Shown: positions 18,476-28,864, counted from the first letter of the stretch. The stretch: DNA of 64,000 nt from Ilumatobacteraceae bacterium (GCA_038146945.1 JAYQSR010000015.1:12205-76204); one strand, 5' to 3'. Program-made: numbers and translations. Notes: generated by a model not told the origin, from the letters alone.

Positions 18476-19048
18476 GTGGCCGTGTTCGCTCCGTTTCCGC
18501 AGTCACCGCTCGCGATTGCGTGGCTCGTGGCTGATGGCTCCACCAGCGAGGTGGAGATCCGATACGAAAACGAAGGCTGGACCGCCCAGGGCACGCTCGG
18601 CTCGGATCGCGCACAATTCGTCCTGCGCTACTCCGCCACGCTGGTGGTGCAGCAGTTCATGTTGTTTCGCGACATGGACGAGCCCGATTTGTGGCTCGGC
18701 CGCGATCGGTCAGGACGATGGGGGGAGGTGAACGGTGCACACCGCACCGATCTCGACGGCTGTAGCGACATCGAGTTGCGAATGAATCCCTTCACGCCAT
18801 CGATCATCATGAAGCGACTTCCATTGCTGGAGCATCATGCCGCAAGCATCACCGTGGCAACCGTGAACGTGGAGACGCTCGAGGTGTTGCCGCGTCAACG
18901 CACCTACACGCGACTGGCCGCCAATCGCTGGCGCTACACCAGCGCCTACCACGAGCGTGAAGTGGAGTCCACTCTGGACGAGTACGGGCTCATCCTCGAC
19001 GAAGCCGACTCGTTCAGTCGACGAGCGCCTGATACACCAAATTCTTGA
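18476..19048 (+). CDS. Putative glycolipid-binding domain protein (PF06475-like)
   Basis: The 3-prime part of ORF 17945..19048: ..LWLGRDRSGRWGEVNG..LDGCSDIELRMNPFTPSIIMKRLPL..VLPRQRTYTRL..RWRYTS..LDEYGLILDEADSF resembles that family from memory. The start (GTG 18476) is approximate. Confidence 0.6.
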   Translation: MAVFAPFPQSPLAIAWLVADGSTSEVEIRYENEGWTAQGTLGSDRAQFVLRYSATLVVQQFMLFRDMDEPDLWLGRDRSGRWGEVNGAHRTDLDGCSDIELRMNPFTPSIIMKRLPLLEHHAASITVATVNVETLEVLPRQRTYTRLAANRWRYTSAYHEREVESTLDEYGLILDEADSFSRRAPDTPNS

Positions 19049-20262
19049 AGTACGGCCGAAGGGGCCACGTACTCGAAGGCAGGAGCTGTGTGTAGAAGGC
19101 CGCGATTACCCCTTCACTGCGATCCACCCAGAAGGTGGTACTGGCCGCGCCACCCCAACCAAAGTCGCCGACCGACCCGTGCAATTTTGCGCGTGCCGGA
19201 TTCACTAGCACGGAGAAGCCGAGCCCGAATCCGAACCCGTCGTACGCATTCTCCAAATCCAATGGTCGCCCGTACTCGGTGATGTCTGCATCGTTGGGAA
19301 GATGATTCGCAGTCATCAACCGAACGGTCCGTGGCGAGAGGATTCGTGCGCCGTCAAGTTCTCCGTCGTTGGCCAACATCATCAGGGAATCGGTGGTAGT
19401 CGTGGGCGGTCGACACGAGCCCACCACCACCGCTCAGGAACGTTGGTTGGTGGAGGGCAGCCTTGCCCATGGTGTCGAGACGCTTCGCAAGTCGAGTAGC
19501 CGGATCGGGCTGATACAAGGCCGCCAAGCGGTTCGCCTTGGCCTCCGGCACGAAGAATCCGGTGTCGTACATTCCGAGTGGTGCAAAGATTCGTTGCGCA
19601 AGGAACTGGTCGAGTGACTGACCGGACACCACCTCCACGATGCGGCCCACGACGTCGGTCGCCACGCTGTAGTTCCATTCGGTCCCGGGCTGAAACAACA
19701 GCGGAAGCGACGCCCACTTCTCACACGCTTCTTCGAGGGTGGTACCGCGGGGTACCCCCCACTCGAATCCGGCGCGTCGATACAGGTCGTCAACGGGCGA
19801 TTGATAGAGGAATCCGTAGGTCAGACCCGCCGTGTGCGAGAGCAGGTGCCACACCAGCATCGGCTCGGTAACCGGCTCGGTGAATGGCTTCATCACCGAG
19901 CCCGAGCGCCACACCCGGGACGACCCGAAGCTCGGGATGAAGTTGCTGACGGGGTCGTTCAGCAACAACTTGCCCTCCTCCACCAGCATCATGAGCGCCA
20001 CCGACGTAACGGGTTTGGTCATGGAATAGATGCGATACATCGTGTCGCCGTCGATGGGCAACGACGCCTCAACATCGCGCATGCCGTATCGATGCTGGTG
20101 TGCGACCTTTCCGTGACGTGACACCACCAAATGAAATCCGGGCAGGCGACCGTCGTCGACGTACCGCTCGAAATGCTGATCGAGGAGCCGCAAACGAGCG
20201 GGCTCCATCCCCGCTTCGCCCGGAGACACCTCATTGGTGAGCACCTTTGCGTGGTCGGACAT
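19014..20262 (-). CDS. Serine hydrolase (beta-lactamase / esterase family), single frameshift as assembled
   Basis: ORFs 19354..20391 (start MSDHAKV at 20262; SMTK = SxxK motif) and 19014..19430 join as ..GGGGLVSTAHDYHRF|LMMLANDGELDGARIL.. if one base is removed from the GGG run at 19375-19377. Confidence 0.75.
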
Positions 20263-20264
20263 GG

Positions 20265-21071
20265 TCACCTTCCCTTCAGTCGAGTTTCCAGCCAGGAGCG
20301 CAATTGAGGGCCGGTGTCGGCGCGTGACAGGGCGGCGTCGATCGATGCCGTCAACATACCCATCGGTGTTCCCGTGTCGTGGCGTGTACACGAGATGATC
20401 ACACCGGTCACCTTGCCCAGACGCGCCATGTCGCCGATGGCGTCGCTCAATTGCAACTCGCCGTTTGCCGCCGGTTTCAACGACGCAAGAAAGTCGAAGA
20501 GATCGTGACCGAACACGTACCGTCCGATGATCACGAGGTCGCTGGGCGCATCGGTCACTTTCGGCTTCTCCACCACGTCGCGAACCATGACACGTCCCGT
20601 CGAATCCGGGTTGCCATCGGGGGTGATGCAGCCGTAGGCCGACACTTCGTCTCGTGGAACACGCTTCAAGCCGATTGCGGTCCGCCCACTGGCCTGGTGT
20701 TCGGCGATGAGGTCACGCAGATGCGAACTGTCCCCCATCAACTCGTCGGGGAGCAACACCGCGAATGGATCTTCGCCGACGAGCTCACGCGCGCATTCCA
20801 CCGCGTGCCCCAAACCGCGCGGTGAGTCCTGGTACACCACGGTGATTCGCGCTCCTCCGGTGGCGGTTTCGGCGAACACCTCGATCGCCGGTTTGGCGCG
20901 ATTGGAAACGAGGATCACGTGTTCGATCCCCGCACCGATTGCCTCGTCCACGGTGTGCTGCAACGACGGAGTATCGAAGACCGGCAACAACTCCTTGGGA
21001 ACCACCTTGGTGGCGGGAAGAAACCGGGTGCCGCGACCCGCCGCTGGGATTACGGCAATGCGTACGGGCAC
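20265..21071 (-). CDS. galU: UTP--glucose-1-phosphate uridylyltransferase-like nucleotidyltransferase
   Basis: MPVRIAVIPAAGRGTRFLPATKVVPKELLPV.. is a GalU-type N-terminus, with ..RGLGHAV... At 268 aa it is somewhat shorter than typical GalU. Confidence 0.75.
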   Translation of the reverse strand: MPVRIAVIPAAGRGTRFLPATKVVPKELLPVFDTPSLQHTVDEAIGAGIEHVILVSNRAKPAIEVFAETATGGARITVVYQDSPRGLGHAVECARELVGEDPFAVLLPDELMGDSSHLRDLIAEHQASGRTAIGLKRVPRDEVSAYGCITPDGNPDSTGRVMVRDVVEKPKVTDAPSDLVIIGRYVFGHDLFDFLASLKPAANGELQLSDAIGDMARLGKVTGVIISCTRHDTGTPMGMLTASIDAALSRADTGPQLRSWLETRLKGR

Positions 21072-21097
21072 CGTCTCATCGTAGACTTTGAAGCCCT

Positions 21098-21451
21098 ATG
21101 CCCACCTATGTGTACCGCTTCCTCGACACGGGCGAAACCATCGAAATCCGTCAAGGTTTCGACGATGCCGCCCTGACGGAGGCGCCACACCCGAGCGATG
21201 GAAACCCACGACCCGTGAAGAAGGTGTTCACACCCGTGGGTATCACGTTCAAGGGCTCCGGTTTCTACAAGACCGATTCAGGTAGCTCCAAGAAGCCCGC
21301 GAGCTCCTCGACCACCTCGTCGAACAGCGACTCGGGATCAACCACGACATCGACGCCTGCGTCAACGACCGATTCGGCTACCTCCTCGGGTGGTTCCTCG
21401 GGAACGTCGAGCACCTCGACCACGAGCAGCACGGCCGCACCGTCGGCCTGA
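21098..21451 (+). CDS. FmdB-family-like small protein lacking all zinc-ribbon cysteines, with a Ser/Thr-rich tail
   Basis: MPTYVYRF..ETIEIRQGFDDAALTE..VKKVFTPVGITFKGSGFYKTDS follows the FmdB pattern (MPTYEYRC..C....CP.CG..KGSGFY.TD), but the four Cys positions are not Cys. Confidence 0.6.
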   Translation: MPTYVYRFLDTGETIEIRQGFDDAALTEAPHPSDGNPRPVKKVFTPVGITFKGSGFYKTDSGSSKKPASSSTTSSNSDSGSTTTSTPASTTDSATSSGGSSGTSSTSTTSSTAAPSA

Positions 21452-21480
21452 GCACAGCCGCATCGTCGGGTGCGCTATCG

Positions 21481-21960
21481 CTACGAGCGTGTTGCGACTC
21501 CCGACCAACGTGACTGTTCGGCGGCCAGATGAAGCGGCGCGACCACCGCCTCGGTGGCATAGCGTCCCCAACTGCTCTCGGGAACCATCCACATGACTTC
21601 GAACTCGATACCGTCCGGGTCCTGTGCATACACACTCTTGGATACGCCATGGTCGCTCTCACCCTTGAGTGCCCCTGCTTCCAGCAGCCGACCGCGAATC
21701 TCCACCAACTCATCGATGGTGTCCACCTGCCACGCCACGTGGTACAGGCCCGCACCCTGACTTCGCGGCACCGCTCCGACCCCGAACAGTCCGAGGTCGT
21801 GGTGGTTGTCTGATCCACCCGCCCGGAGGAACACCGCCCGCCCGTCGGACGTCTCTTGGACGGTTTCGAAACCAAGTACCTCGCGGTAGAACGTGGCACT
21901 TCGTTGGGCATCGGTGACGTACAGGACCGCATGGTTGAGGCGTCGAATGTTCGGCACCAC
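21481..21960 (-). CDS. VOC-family protein (glyoxalase / extradiol dioxygenase fold)
   Basis: ..RLNHAVLYVTDAQRSATFYREVLGFE..GLYHVAWQV..VYAQDPDGIEFEV.. are typical VOC repeats. Confidence 0.8.
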   Translation of the reverse strand: MVPNIRRLNHAVLYVTDAQRSATFYREVLGFETVQETSDGRAVFLRAGGSDNHHDLGLFGVGAVPRSQGAGLYHVAWQVDTIDELVEIRGRLLEAGALKGESDHGVSKSVYAQDPDGIEFEVMWMVPESSWGRYATEAVVAPLHLAAEQSRWSGVATRS

Positions 21961-22263
21961 CTCAGGCTAGGACGCCCAGTGCGTGTGCTGAATTTCCGGG
22001 GCGCGATGCCGTGAAATCGGCACACAGTCGGATATGAAACACCTCGTACGACGATTCTTCAAGGTCTCCACGTATCGCCGCCTCGATCGGCGACTCGCCG
22101 TCGATGCTTCGCTACGACGTGCCGTACTGGCATGCGGAGTGTCGCTCAGCGTGGTGTGCTACGTCCTGGCGATGACGACTACGCGCTGACTGGCCGGCGA
22201 CATGTCCGACCGATGACATGTCCGGCTGATGAGGTGACTGTGCGATGTCACGACATCACAGAA

Positions 22264-23100
22264 CTAGCGAATACCGCTGGCGACCACACCCAGCACCGCA
22301 ATACCCAGAGCCAGGCGATACCACACGAACACGTTGAAGTTGCCGCGTGCTGCAACCCGTTGCAACGCCGAGATCGCCAACCATCCGGTAATCGCAGCCG
22401 TACCAACGCCGATCATCATCGCCGATGCGAGCCCACTCGGTACTCCGTCGATGATCAAACCCGTCACCTTCCATACGCCCGCACCCGCAATGATCGGCAC
22501 CCCGATGACGAACGACATTCGCACCGCGGCGGCTCGCCCATAACCCAGGGCCCGCATGGCCGAGATGGTGATACCCGAGCGTGAGGTTCCGGGATTGAGT
22601 GCCAGCACTTGCGCCGCACCGATCAGCAATGCGTCCCGGGTCGTGAGGTGCTCGGCGAGGCGATCACCCGCGCGACGATCCGCCCACCACAACACGCCAC
22701 CAAAACCAATCAGCGAGATGGCGACCACGACCGGTCCACCAAGTTGCTCGGCAATCATGTCGTCAAAGAGCGCACCCACAATCGCCGCCGGCACCGCGGT
22801 GAGCAGGTACAACCACGCAAGGCGACCGTGCGGTGTCGCTGTTCGCTCCTGTTCCGAGGCGAATGGATGACGAAGCCCGGCCAGAACGAGCCGGGCCAAC
22901 TCCTGGCGTACTGCAACGACCACTGCCACCAGCGTGCCCAGATGAAGTGCAGCGTCGAACGCAGTGCTCACCGACTCGTTGTCGAGATCATTCCAGTCGA
23001 ACAGCCACGGCACCAACTCCAGGTGTCCACTGGATGAGATGGGGAAGAATTCCGTCAATCCCTGCACCACACCGAGAACGAGCGCGTGCCACCACGACAT
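22264..23100 (-). CDS. uppP: Undecaprenyl-diphosphate phosphatase
   Basis: MSWWHALVLGVVQGLTEFFPISSSGHL.. and ..PGTSRSGITI.. are the UppP/BacA signature motifs. Confidence 0.9.
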   Translation of the reverse strand: MSWWHALVLGVVQGLTEFFPISSSGHLELVPWLFDWNDLDNESVSTAFDAALHLGTLVAVVVAVRQELARLVLAGLRHPFASEQERTATPHGRLAWLYLLTAVPAAIVGALFDDMIAEQLGGPVVVAISLIGFGGVLWWADRRAGDRLAEHLTTRDALLIGAAQVLALNPGTSRSGITISAMRALGYGRAAAVRMSFVIGVPIIAGAGVWKVTGLIIDGVPSGLASAMMIGVGTAAITGWLAISALQRVAARGNFNVFVWYRLALGIAVLGVVASGIR

Positions 23101-23129
23101 GGTGATGACGACGCTAGTGAGGTTGGCGG

Positions 23130-24482
23130 CTACGAGCCGCTGATGGTGACGTCGGCAATCACCAGCGAAAGTCCGGCTGCGCGCATGGGCAACCAGTCCA
23201 CGTCGTTACCGATTGCGATGATGTCCTGCAACATTCGCTGGAGTGTGGATCCGATGGTGAACTCGCGAATCGGTGCACCGACCGCCCCGTTGACGATGGT
23301 CATCCCCGATGCGCCGGTGGAAAAGTCGCCCGAGATCGGGTTGACGCCACTGTGCAAACCCGACACCTCCTGAATGAGGACGCCGTCACCAACGGATGCA
23401 ATCAATTCGGCCTGCGACTTCGCGCCCGGTGTCACCTGCATCGCCAAGCATCCGACACCCGGCGATCCGGCAAATCCGCCACGCGTTGCGTTCCCCGTGC
23501 TGACCGTGTTCATGCGGCGCGCACTGTACGAGGAGTGCACGAACATCTGCAGTACGCCGTCCTGAATCAACACGTTGCGACGCGCCGCGAGACCCTCGCC
23601 ATCGATGTCGGTTGCGGTGTAGGCCAATTTGTTCGTGGGGTCGTCCACCAGGGTGAAGAACGGCACCGCAACCTGCTCACCCAGACGATCGGCGAAGATG
23701 CTTCGTCCCTTCGACACGTTCTCGCCGTTGAACGCACTGGAGAGCACGCTGATGAACTGCGACGTGACGTACGGGTCGAGCACGATCGTGGTGCGTTTGG
23801 TGGCCGGTTTCGTGGCGCCGAGTAGACGTGTTGCTCGATCCGCCGCCTCGCGGGCCGCCTTGTCCAAATCGAAGTCCTTGGGTGAATCGCCAACCGAGAA
23901 TCCGAAACCGGTCTGGGTTTCATCACCGTCGTCCGCCAGGGTGACCACGGAGACGTAGCACGAGTTTGCCCTTCCACTCGTGCGAATGCCGGTCGTGGTG
24001 GCAAACGCAGTCTCGCCCCAGCCGTCGTCATAATTTGCGGACTCGCTTCGTACCCGTGAATCGGCAGCCAGCGCACGGCGCTCCAGATCCTTCGTGAGGT
24101 CCACCTTGGATTCCGTCGGGTAGTTCGCCAGATCGTCGTCCCAGAACTTCTGCGGTACCGGCTCCACACCGTCGGGCATCGCCAAGCCGGCGAACTCGTC
24201 CTGCGTACCGAACTGCACGTTGTCTCGCGCCTCGGCGAGTACCTCGGCGATTGCAGACTCATCCAACGTTCCCGCATAGGCGCTACCGGTACGACCGTCC
24301 TTCACGACGCGAATTCCAACACCATCACTTTGGGCCGAGACGAAATGCTCCAACTCACCCTCGTAAACCCGAACCGATGTTTCACCACCGCGACCCACGT
24401 AGGCCTCGATTTGTTCTCCTGCCTTGGCTTGCGCGACGATGCGGTCGGCAATTGCCTGCAGTTCAGGAACTTCGACGTTCAT
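23130..24482 (-). CDS. pmbA: TldD/PmbA-family metalloprotease (PmbA/TldE-like)
   Basis: 450 aa. It is paralogous by eye to the adjacent tldD, with C-terminal ..SGDFSTGASGM..NG.. blocks. Confidence 0.8.
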   Translation of the reverse strand: MNVEVPELQAIADRIVAQAKAGEQIEAYVGRGGETSVRVYEGELEHFVSAQSDGVGIRVVKDGRTGSAYAGTLDESAIAEVLAEARDNVQFGTQDEFAGLAMPDGVEPVPQKFWDDDLANYPTESKVDLTKDLERRALAADSRVRSESANYDDGWGETAFATTTGIRTSGRANSCYVSVVTLADDGDETQTGFGFSVGDSPKDFDLDKAAREAADRATRLLGATKPATKRTTIVLDPYVTSQFISVLSSAFNGENVSKGRSIFADRLGEQVAVPFFTLVDDPTNKLAYTATDIDGEGLAARRNVLIQDGVLQMFVHSSYSARRMNTVSTGNATRGGFAGSPGVGCLAMQVTPGAKSQAELIASVGDGVLIQEVSGLHSGVNPISGDFSTGASGMTIVNGAVGAPIREFTIGSTLQRMLQDIIAIGNDVDWLPMRAAGLSLVIADVTISGS

Positions 24483-24512
24483 GGGTTGTTCACTTCCCTA
24501 CTCGGGCAACAC

Positions 24513-25924
24513 TCATGCCGCGGTGCCACCGATGGTGAGGCTCTTTACGCGCAGCGTCGGCTGGCCGTCCCCAACGGCACTCCTTGACCGTCCTTGCCGC
24601 AGGTGCCCGGATTACCCATCGCAAAGTCGTTGCCGAGTAGATCGATGTCGCGCAGCACCTGGGGGCCGTTGCCGATGAGGTTTCCATCGCGCAGAGGCTC
24701 GGTGATCTCGCCATTTTCGATCAGGTACGCCTCGGTCATGCCGAACACGAAGTCACCGCTTGCGGTGTCGACCTGTCCGCCACCCAACTTGGCCACGTAC
24801 ACACCGTTCTTGGTGTCGCGCACGATGGCATCCGGATCGTGCGGCCCGTTGAGCACGAACGTGTTGGTCATGCGAACCATCGGCAGGTGCTGATAACTCT
24901 GTCGGCGACCGTTACCACTCTGGCGACGGCCTTCCTTGCGCGCACGCAGATAGTCCCACATGTAGTCGGTGAGGACGCCGTCTTGAATAAGCACGTTGCG
25001 CTGCGACGGGTGTCCTTCGTCGTCGATGCCAATGGCACCCCATTCGGCGGTCATGGTGCCGTCATCGATCAAGGTGACCAATGGCGAAGCCACGAGTTCG
25101 CCACGCTTGTCCTTGTACACGCTCGCGCCCTTGCTGATGATGTCGGCTTCCAAGCCGTGTCCACACGCTTCATGGAAGAGCACCCCGCCGGAACCGTGCT
25201 TGATGACCACCGGGAGCGATCCGGACGGTGCCGGCCGAGCGCTCAACTTGGTGACCGCCTGCTGGGCGGCAGAACGCGCGAGTTCCTCGACGTCGTTCTG
25301 GTCGAACACCTCGAAACCGATGGTGTGTCCGAGGGATTGGAATCCGGTCTGCATTCCGCCGTCGCCGCTGGCCACCACGCTGACGCGCAACAGGGTGCGA
25401 ACTTGCTCGTCGGCGGCCAACACGCCGTCGCTGTTGGCGATCAGGATCCGTTTGCGCGAATCGCCGTAGCCAGCCGACACCTGGACGATCGCTCGGTGGA
25501 CGGCGCGCGCGGCGGAATCGACTCGCTGCAGGATCGCCACCTTGTCGCGCTTGGCGATTTCGTCCGGCCACTTCTCGATGGTGTTCACCGGATGACGCAC
25601 CACGGCGTTTAGCGCCACTGCGTTTACGCCACCACCACCGCGAGACGCGGCGGCCGCTGCCGCTTCGGCCGCGGCCAGCAGTCCCTTCTCGCTGAGGTCG
25701 CTCGTGTGGGCGAACCCCGTGGTCTCACCCTTCACCACACGAATACCCGCTCCTCGGTCGCGTCCGCTCGACACCTGCTCGATCTTCCCGTCGTCGAGTC
25801 CGGCCGATGTACTTCGCTTGTCCTCCACGAACACTTCCGAGAACTCCGCTCCGGTGGACTTTCCACGCGCCAGCACTCTCGACAACACATCGGGTTCGAC
25901 CAAGAGCGATTGGTTGTTTGACAT
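24513..25924 (-). CDS. tldD: TldD-family metalloprotease, C-terminal frameshift as assembled
   Basis: ORF 24545..25924 contains ..HEACGHGLE.. and ends ..GTCGKDGQGVPLGTASRRCA*. Adding one base to the CCCC run at 24569-24572 restores the conserved end ..VPLGDGQPTLRVKSLTIGGTAA*, with the stop at 24513-24515. Confidence 0.85.
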
Positions 25925-25999
25925 GCCGAGAGCCTACCGATGACGGGGAACTCCACGTACCGAGGATCGAAAATTTCGCGTCACTAGCGTCGTTGCACG

Positions 26000-26881
26000 A
26001 TGAGCGATATCGAGCAGTTGGAGAGCACCGATCGGCAACATCGCACCATCTGGTGGAAGGAAGCGCTCATCGTCACCGCCTTCTACGGTATTTACACGCT
26101 GGTGCGGAACCTGTTCGGCTCGGCGCTCGTCTCCGGGAGTCAGATTCCCGTCGAAGCATTCCTCAACGCGATGCGGATCATTCGTTTCGAACGCGCACTG
26201 GGCCTGTACCACGAGGAAACCATTCAGGACTGGTTCCTCCCTCACGTTGGAGTCATCGAGTTCTTCAACGTGTACTACGGAACGGCCCACTTCTTCATCA
26301 CCCTCGGAGTCTTCGTCGCACTCTTCCTCTTGCGCCCAACCGCGTTCGCGCTGTGGAGGAATTGCCTCGCGGCGATGACCGCTTTGGCCATCATCGGATT
26401 CGCACTGTTCCCACTGATGCCGCCACGACTGCTCGATGCTCCATGCCCGCCGATGGCGTACGGTGCGGCATGCATCAAGCACGAGTTGCGAACGCTGAAC
26501 GGGGCCGAGAATTTCGGATACAGCGACACCATAAAGGAGTTCGGTGGACCATGGGCGTTCGACAGCGGTCCCGGCAGGACGCTGTCGAATCAATACGCAG
26601 CGATGCCGTCCCTGCACATCGGCTGGGCGACGTGGTGCGTCTTTGCAATGTTCCCCCTGGCTCGACGTACGTGGCTTCGACTTGTGTTGCTGCTCTACCC
26701 ACTATTGACGTTGGCAGCCATCGTGATCACCGGAAATCATTTTTGGATCGATGGACTCGGCGGCATCGCAGTGTTCGCCATCGGCTACTGGATCGGTGCC
26801 CGAATTCACCGCTGGAACGAGCGTCGTGTCGTGCTGCGGCATGCGGCGGCGGCAGGGCGTCGCGACACGCTTCAGGGCTAG
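26000..26881 (+). CDS. PAP2-superfamily integral membrane protein (PAP2_C / IPC-synthase-like)
   Basis: Multi-TM protein with ..FALFPLMPPRL.., ..AAMPSLHIGWATW.. and ..TGNHFWIDGLGG.. blocks. Confidence 0.65.
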   Translation: MSDIEQLESTDRQHRTIWWKEALIVTAFYGIYTLVRNLFGSALVSGSQIPVEAFLNAMRIIRFERALGLYHEETIQDWFLPHVGVIEFFNVYYGTAHFFITLGVFVALFLLRPTAFALWRNCLAAMTALAIIGFALFPLMPPRLLDAPCPPMAYGAACIKHELRTLNGAENFGYSDTIKEFGGPWAFDSGPGRTLSNQYAAMPSLHIGWATWCVFAMFPLARRTWLRLVLLLYPLLTLAAIVITGNHFWIDGLGGIAVFAIGYWIGARIHRWNERRVVLRHAAAAGRRDTLQG

Positions 26882-26895
26882 CGTTCTAGGTTGCC

Positions 26896-28851
26896 ATGGC
26901 GCTAGCCGATATTCGCCAGCCGAGCGATTTGCGCGGCCTCAACCACTCTCAACTCGAGGAACTCTCGGGCGAGATTCGCGACTTCATCGTGGCAGCAGTC
27001 GCCGAGACCGGTGGTCACTTGGGGTCGAACCTCGGCGCGGTGGAGCTCACCCTTGCCCTGCATCGCGTGTTCGAGTCGCCGCGTGATGCCATCCTCTGGG
27101 ACACCGGACACCAGTCGTACGTCCACAAACTGGTCACGGGGCGTCGCGGCGGCTTCTCCCAGTTGCGACAAGCAGGTGGACTCTCGGGTTACCCGAGTCG
27201 CGAGGAAAGCGTGCACGACTTCATAGAAAACAGTCACGCATCCACGGTCTTGTCGTACGCACATGGCATGGCGGTCGCTCGTGACAACGGACAGAACACG
27301 GATCGTCGCCACGTGGTGGCAGTCATCGGAGACGGTTCGCTCACCGGGGGGATGGCATACGAGGCGCTGAACAACCTCGGTCACTCCAAGAGCCGCGTCA
27401 TCATCGTGCTGAACGACAACGGTCGGTCGTATGCGCCAACGGTGTCGAACCTCACCCATCAGCCGCACCCGCTGGAGGAAACCAGCGACATGCCGCGACC
27501 GCGCGATCGTTTCACGCGGCGTTTGTCGCGCACGCTCACCAACGTGCGGTTGAACCCGGTGTACGTGCAGCGCCAGCGGCGTTTGGAGAAGTGGCTACAT
27601 GATCTTCCCGTCCTCGGACCACAAGCCGAGCGCGGCCTCGAGGCAATCAAGGCCGGCATTCGCGAGTATCTCCAACCAACCGCATTCTTCGAGGCGCTGG
27701 GAGTTCGCTACGTGGGCCCCGTCGACGGCCACAACTTCGGCGAGTTGGAGCACGCGCTCGCGGCGGCCGCCGCTCGTTCCGAAGAAGGTCCCATCGTGGT
27801 GCACGTGCTCACGCAAAAGGGGCGCGGATACTCCCCTGCCGAAGACGACGACGAGAAGCACCTGCACGATGCACCAGTGTTCGACCCGGTGAGTGGTCCG
27901 CCCAAGTCGGTGCCAACGGGATACACGCAGGCATTCGCCGATGCACTCATCAAGGAAGCACAAAGCGACCAACGTATCGTTGCCATCACGGCGGCCATGC
28001 CCGGCCCAACCGGATTGATTGCATTCGAATCACACTTCCCCGATCGGTTCTTCGACGTCGGTATCGCCGAACAGCATGCAGTGACGTTTGCAGCGGGCTT
28101 GGCGATGGGAGGCATGCGACCGGTGGTTGCCCTCTACTCCACCTTCCTCAATCGCGCGTGGGATCAACTCGTGTACGACGTGGCTCTGCACCGATTGCCC
28201 GTGGTGTTCTGTCTCGATCGCGCCGGAATCACCGGAGACGACGGCCCCAGCCACCACGGCATCTACGACATGGCCCTGCTCTCCAAAGTGCCGGGAATGC
28301 GCGTGCTCGCACCGTCGAGCGCACAAGACCTTCAGCAGATGCTGCACGACGCCATGTCGCTGGCCGACACCGGCCCGGTGGTGATTCGCTATCCGAAGGG
28401 CAACGCGCGACAGGTGTCGGAGCACGACGTGGGTTCGGGATTGCACGCGCGCCGCATGGCCAGTGATCCATCCAAGAAACTCTGCATATTGGCCGTGGGG
28501 AAGATGGTGGGCGCAGCCGAACAGGCCGTTGCAGCCCTCTCCCACAGTGGACTCCATGCCACGTTGTGGGACGTTCGCTCGTGCGTCCCGGCCGACGTGG
28601 CCATGATTCACGATGCCGCCGCACACCGCCACATCATCACGATTGAAGATGGAATCCGCGACGGCGGAATCGGCTTCCTGCTGGCCGATGCGATCACTTC
28701 GGCTGCGTCCGCGCAGCCGCCCGACATCAAGGTGCTCGGGCTCCCGACGCGCTTCATCCCCCATGCCAAGCCAGACGTGATTCTCGCCAAGTTGGGTCTC
28801 GACGCAGCGGGCATCGAGCGCACCGTGCGCGAGACCATCGCCCTGCCCTAG
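26896..28851 (+). CDS. dxs: 1-deoxy-D-xylulose-5-phosphate synthase
   Basis: ..GGHLGSNLGAVELTLALHRVF..WDTGHQSYVHKLVTGRR.., ..GDGSLTGGMAYEALNN.., ..DVGIAEQHAV... Confidence 0.95.
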   Translation: MALADIRQPSDLRGLNHSQLEELSGEIRDFIVAAVAETGGHLGSNLGAVELTLALHRVFESPRDAILWDTGHQSYVHKLVTGRRGGFSQLRQAGGLSGYPSREESVHDFIENSHASTVLSYAHGMAVARDNGQNTDRRHVVAVIGDGSLTGGMAYEALNNLGHSKSRVIIVLNDNGRSYAPTVSNLTHQPHPLEETSDMPRPRDRFTRRLSRTLTNVRLNPVYVQRQRRLEKWLHDLPVLGPQAERGLEAIKAGIREYLQPTAFFEALGVRYVGPVDGHNFGELEHALAAAAARSEEGPIVVHVLTQKGRGYSPAEDDDEKHLHDAPVFDPVSGPPKSVPTGYTQAFADALIKEAQSDQRIVAITAAMPGPTGLIAFESHFPDRFFDVGIAEQHAVTFAAGLAMGGMRPVVALYSTFLNRAWDQLVYDVALHRLPVVFCLDRAGITGDDGPSHHGIYDMALLSKVPGMRVLAPSSAQDLQQMLHDAMSLADTGPVVIRYPKGNARQVSEHDVGSGLHARRMASDPSKKLCILAVGKMVGAAEQAVAALSHSGLHATLWDVRSCVPADVAMIHDAAAHRHIITIEDGIRDGGIGFLLADAITSAASAQPPDIKVLGLPTRFIPHAKPDVILAKLGLDAAGIERTVRETIALP

Positions 28852-28864
28852 CGTCGGGCGGGTC

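Noticed and set aside
21290-21451. Ser/Thr-rich low-complexity stretch, considered as a DNA repeat array
   Set aside because: There is no clean nucleotide periodicity. It is the low-complexity C-terminal tail of the FmdB-like protein.
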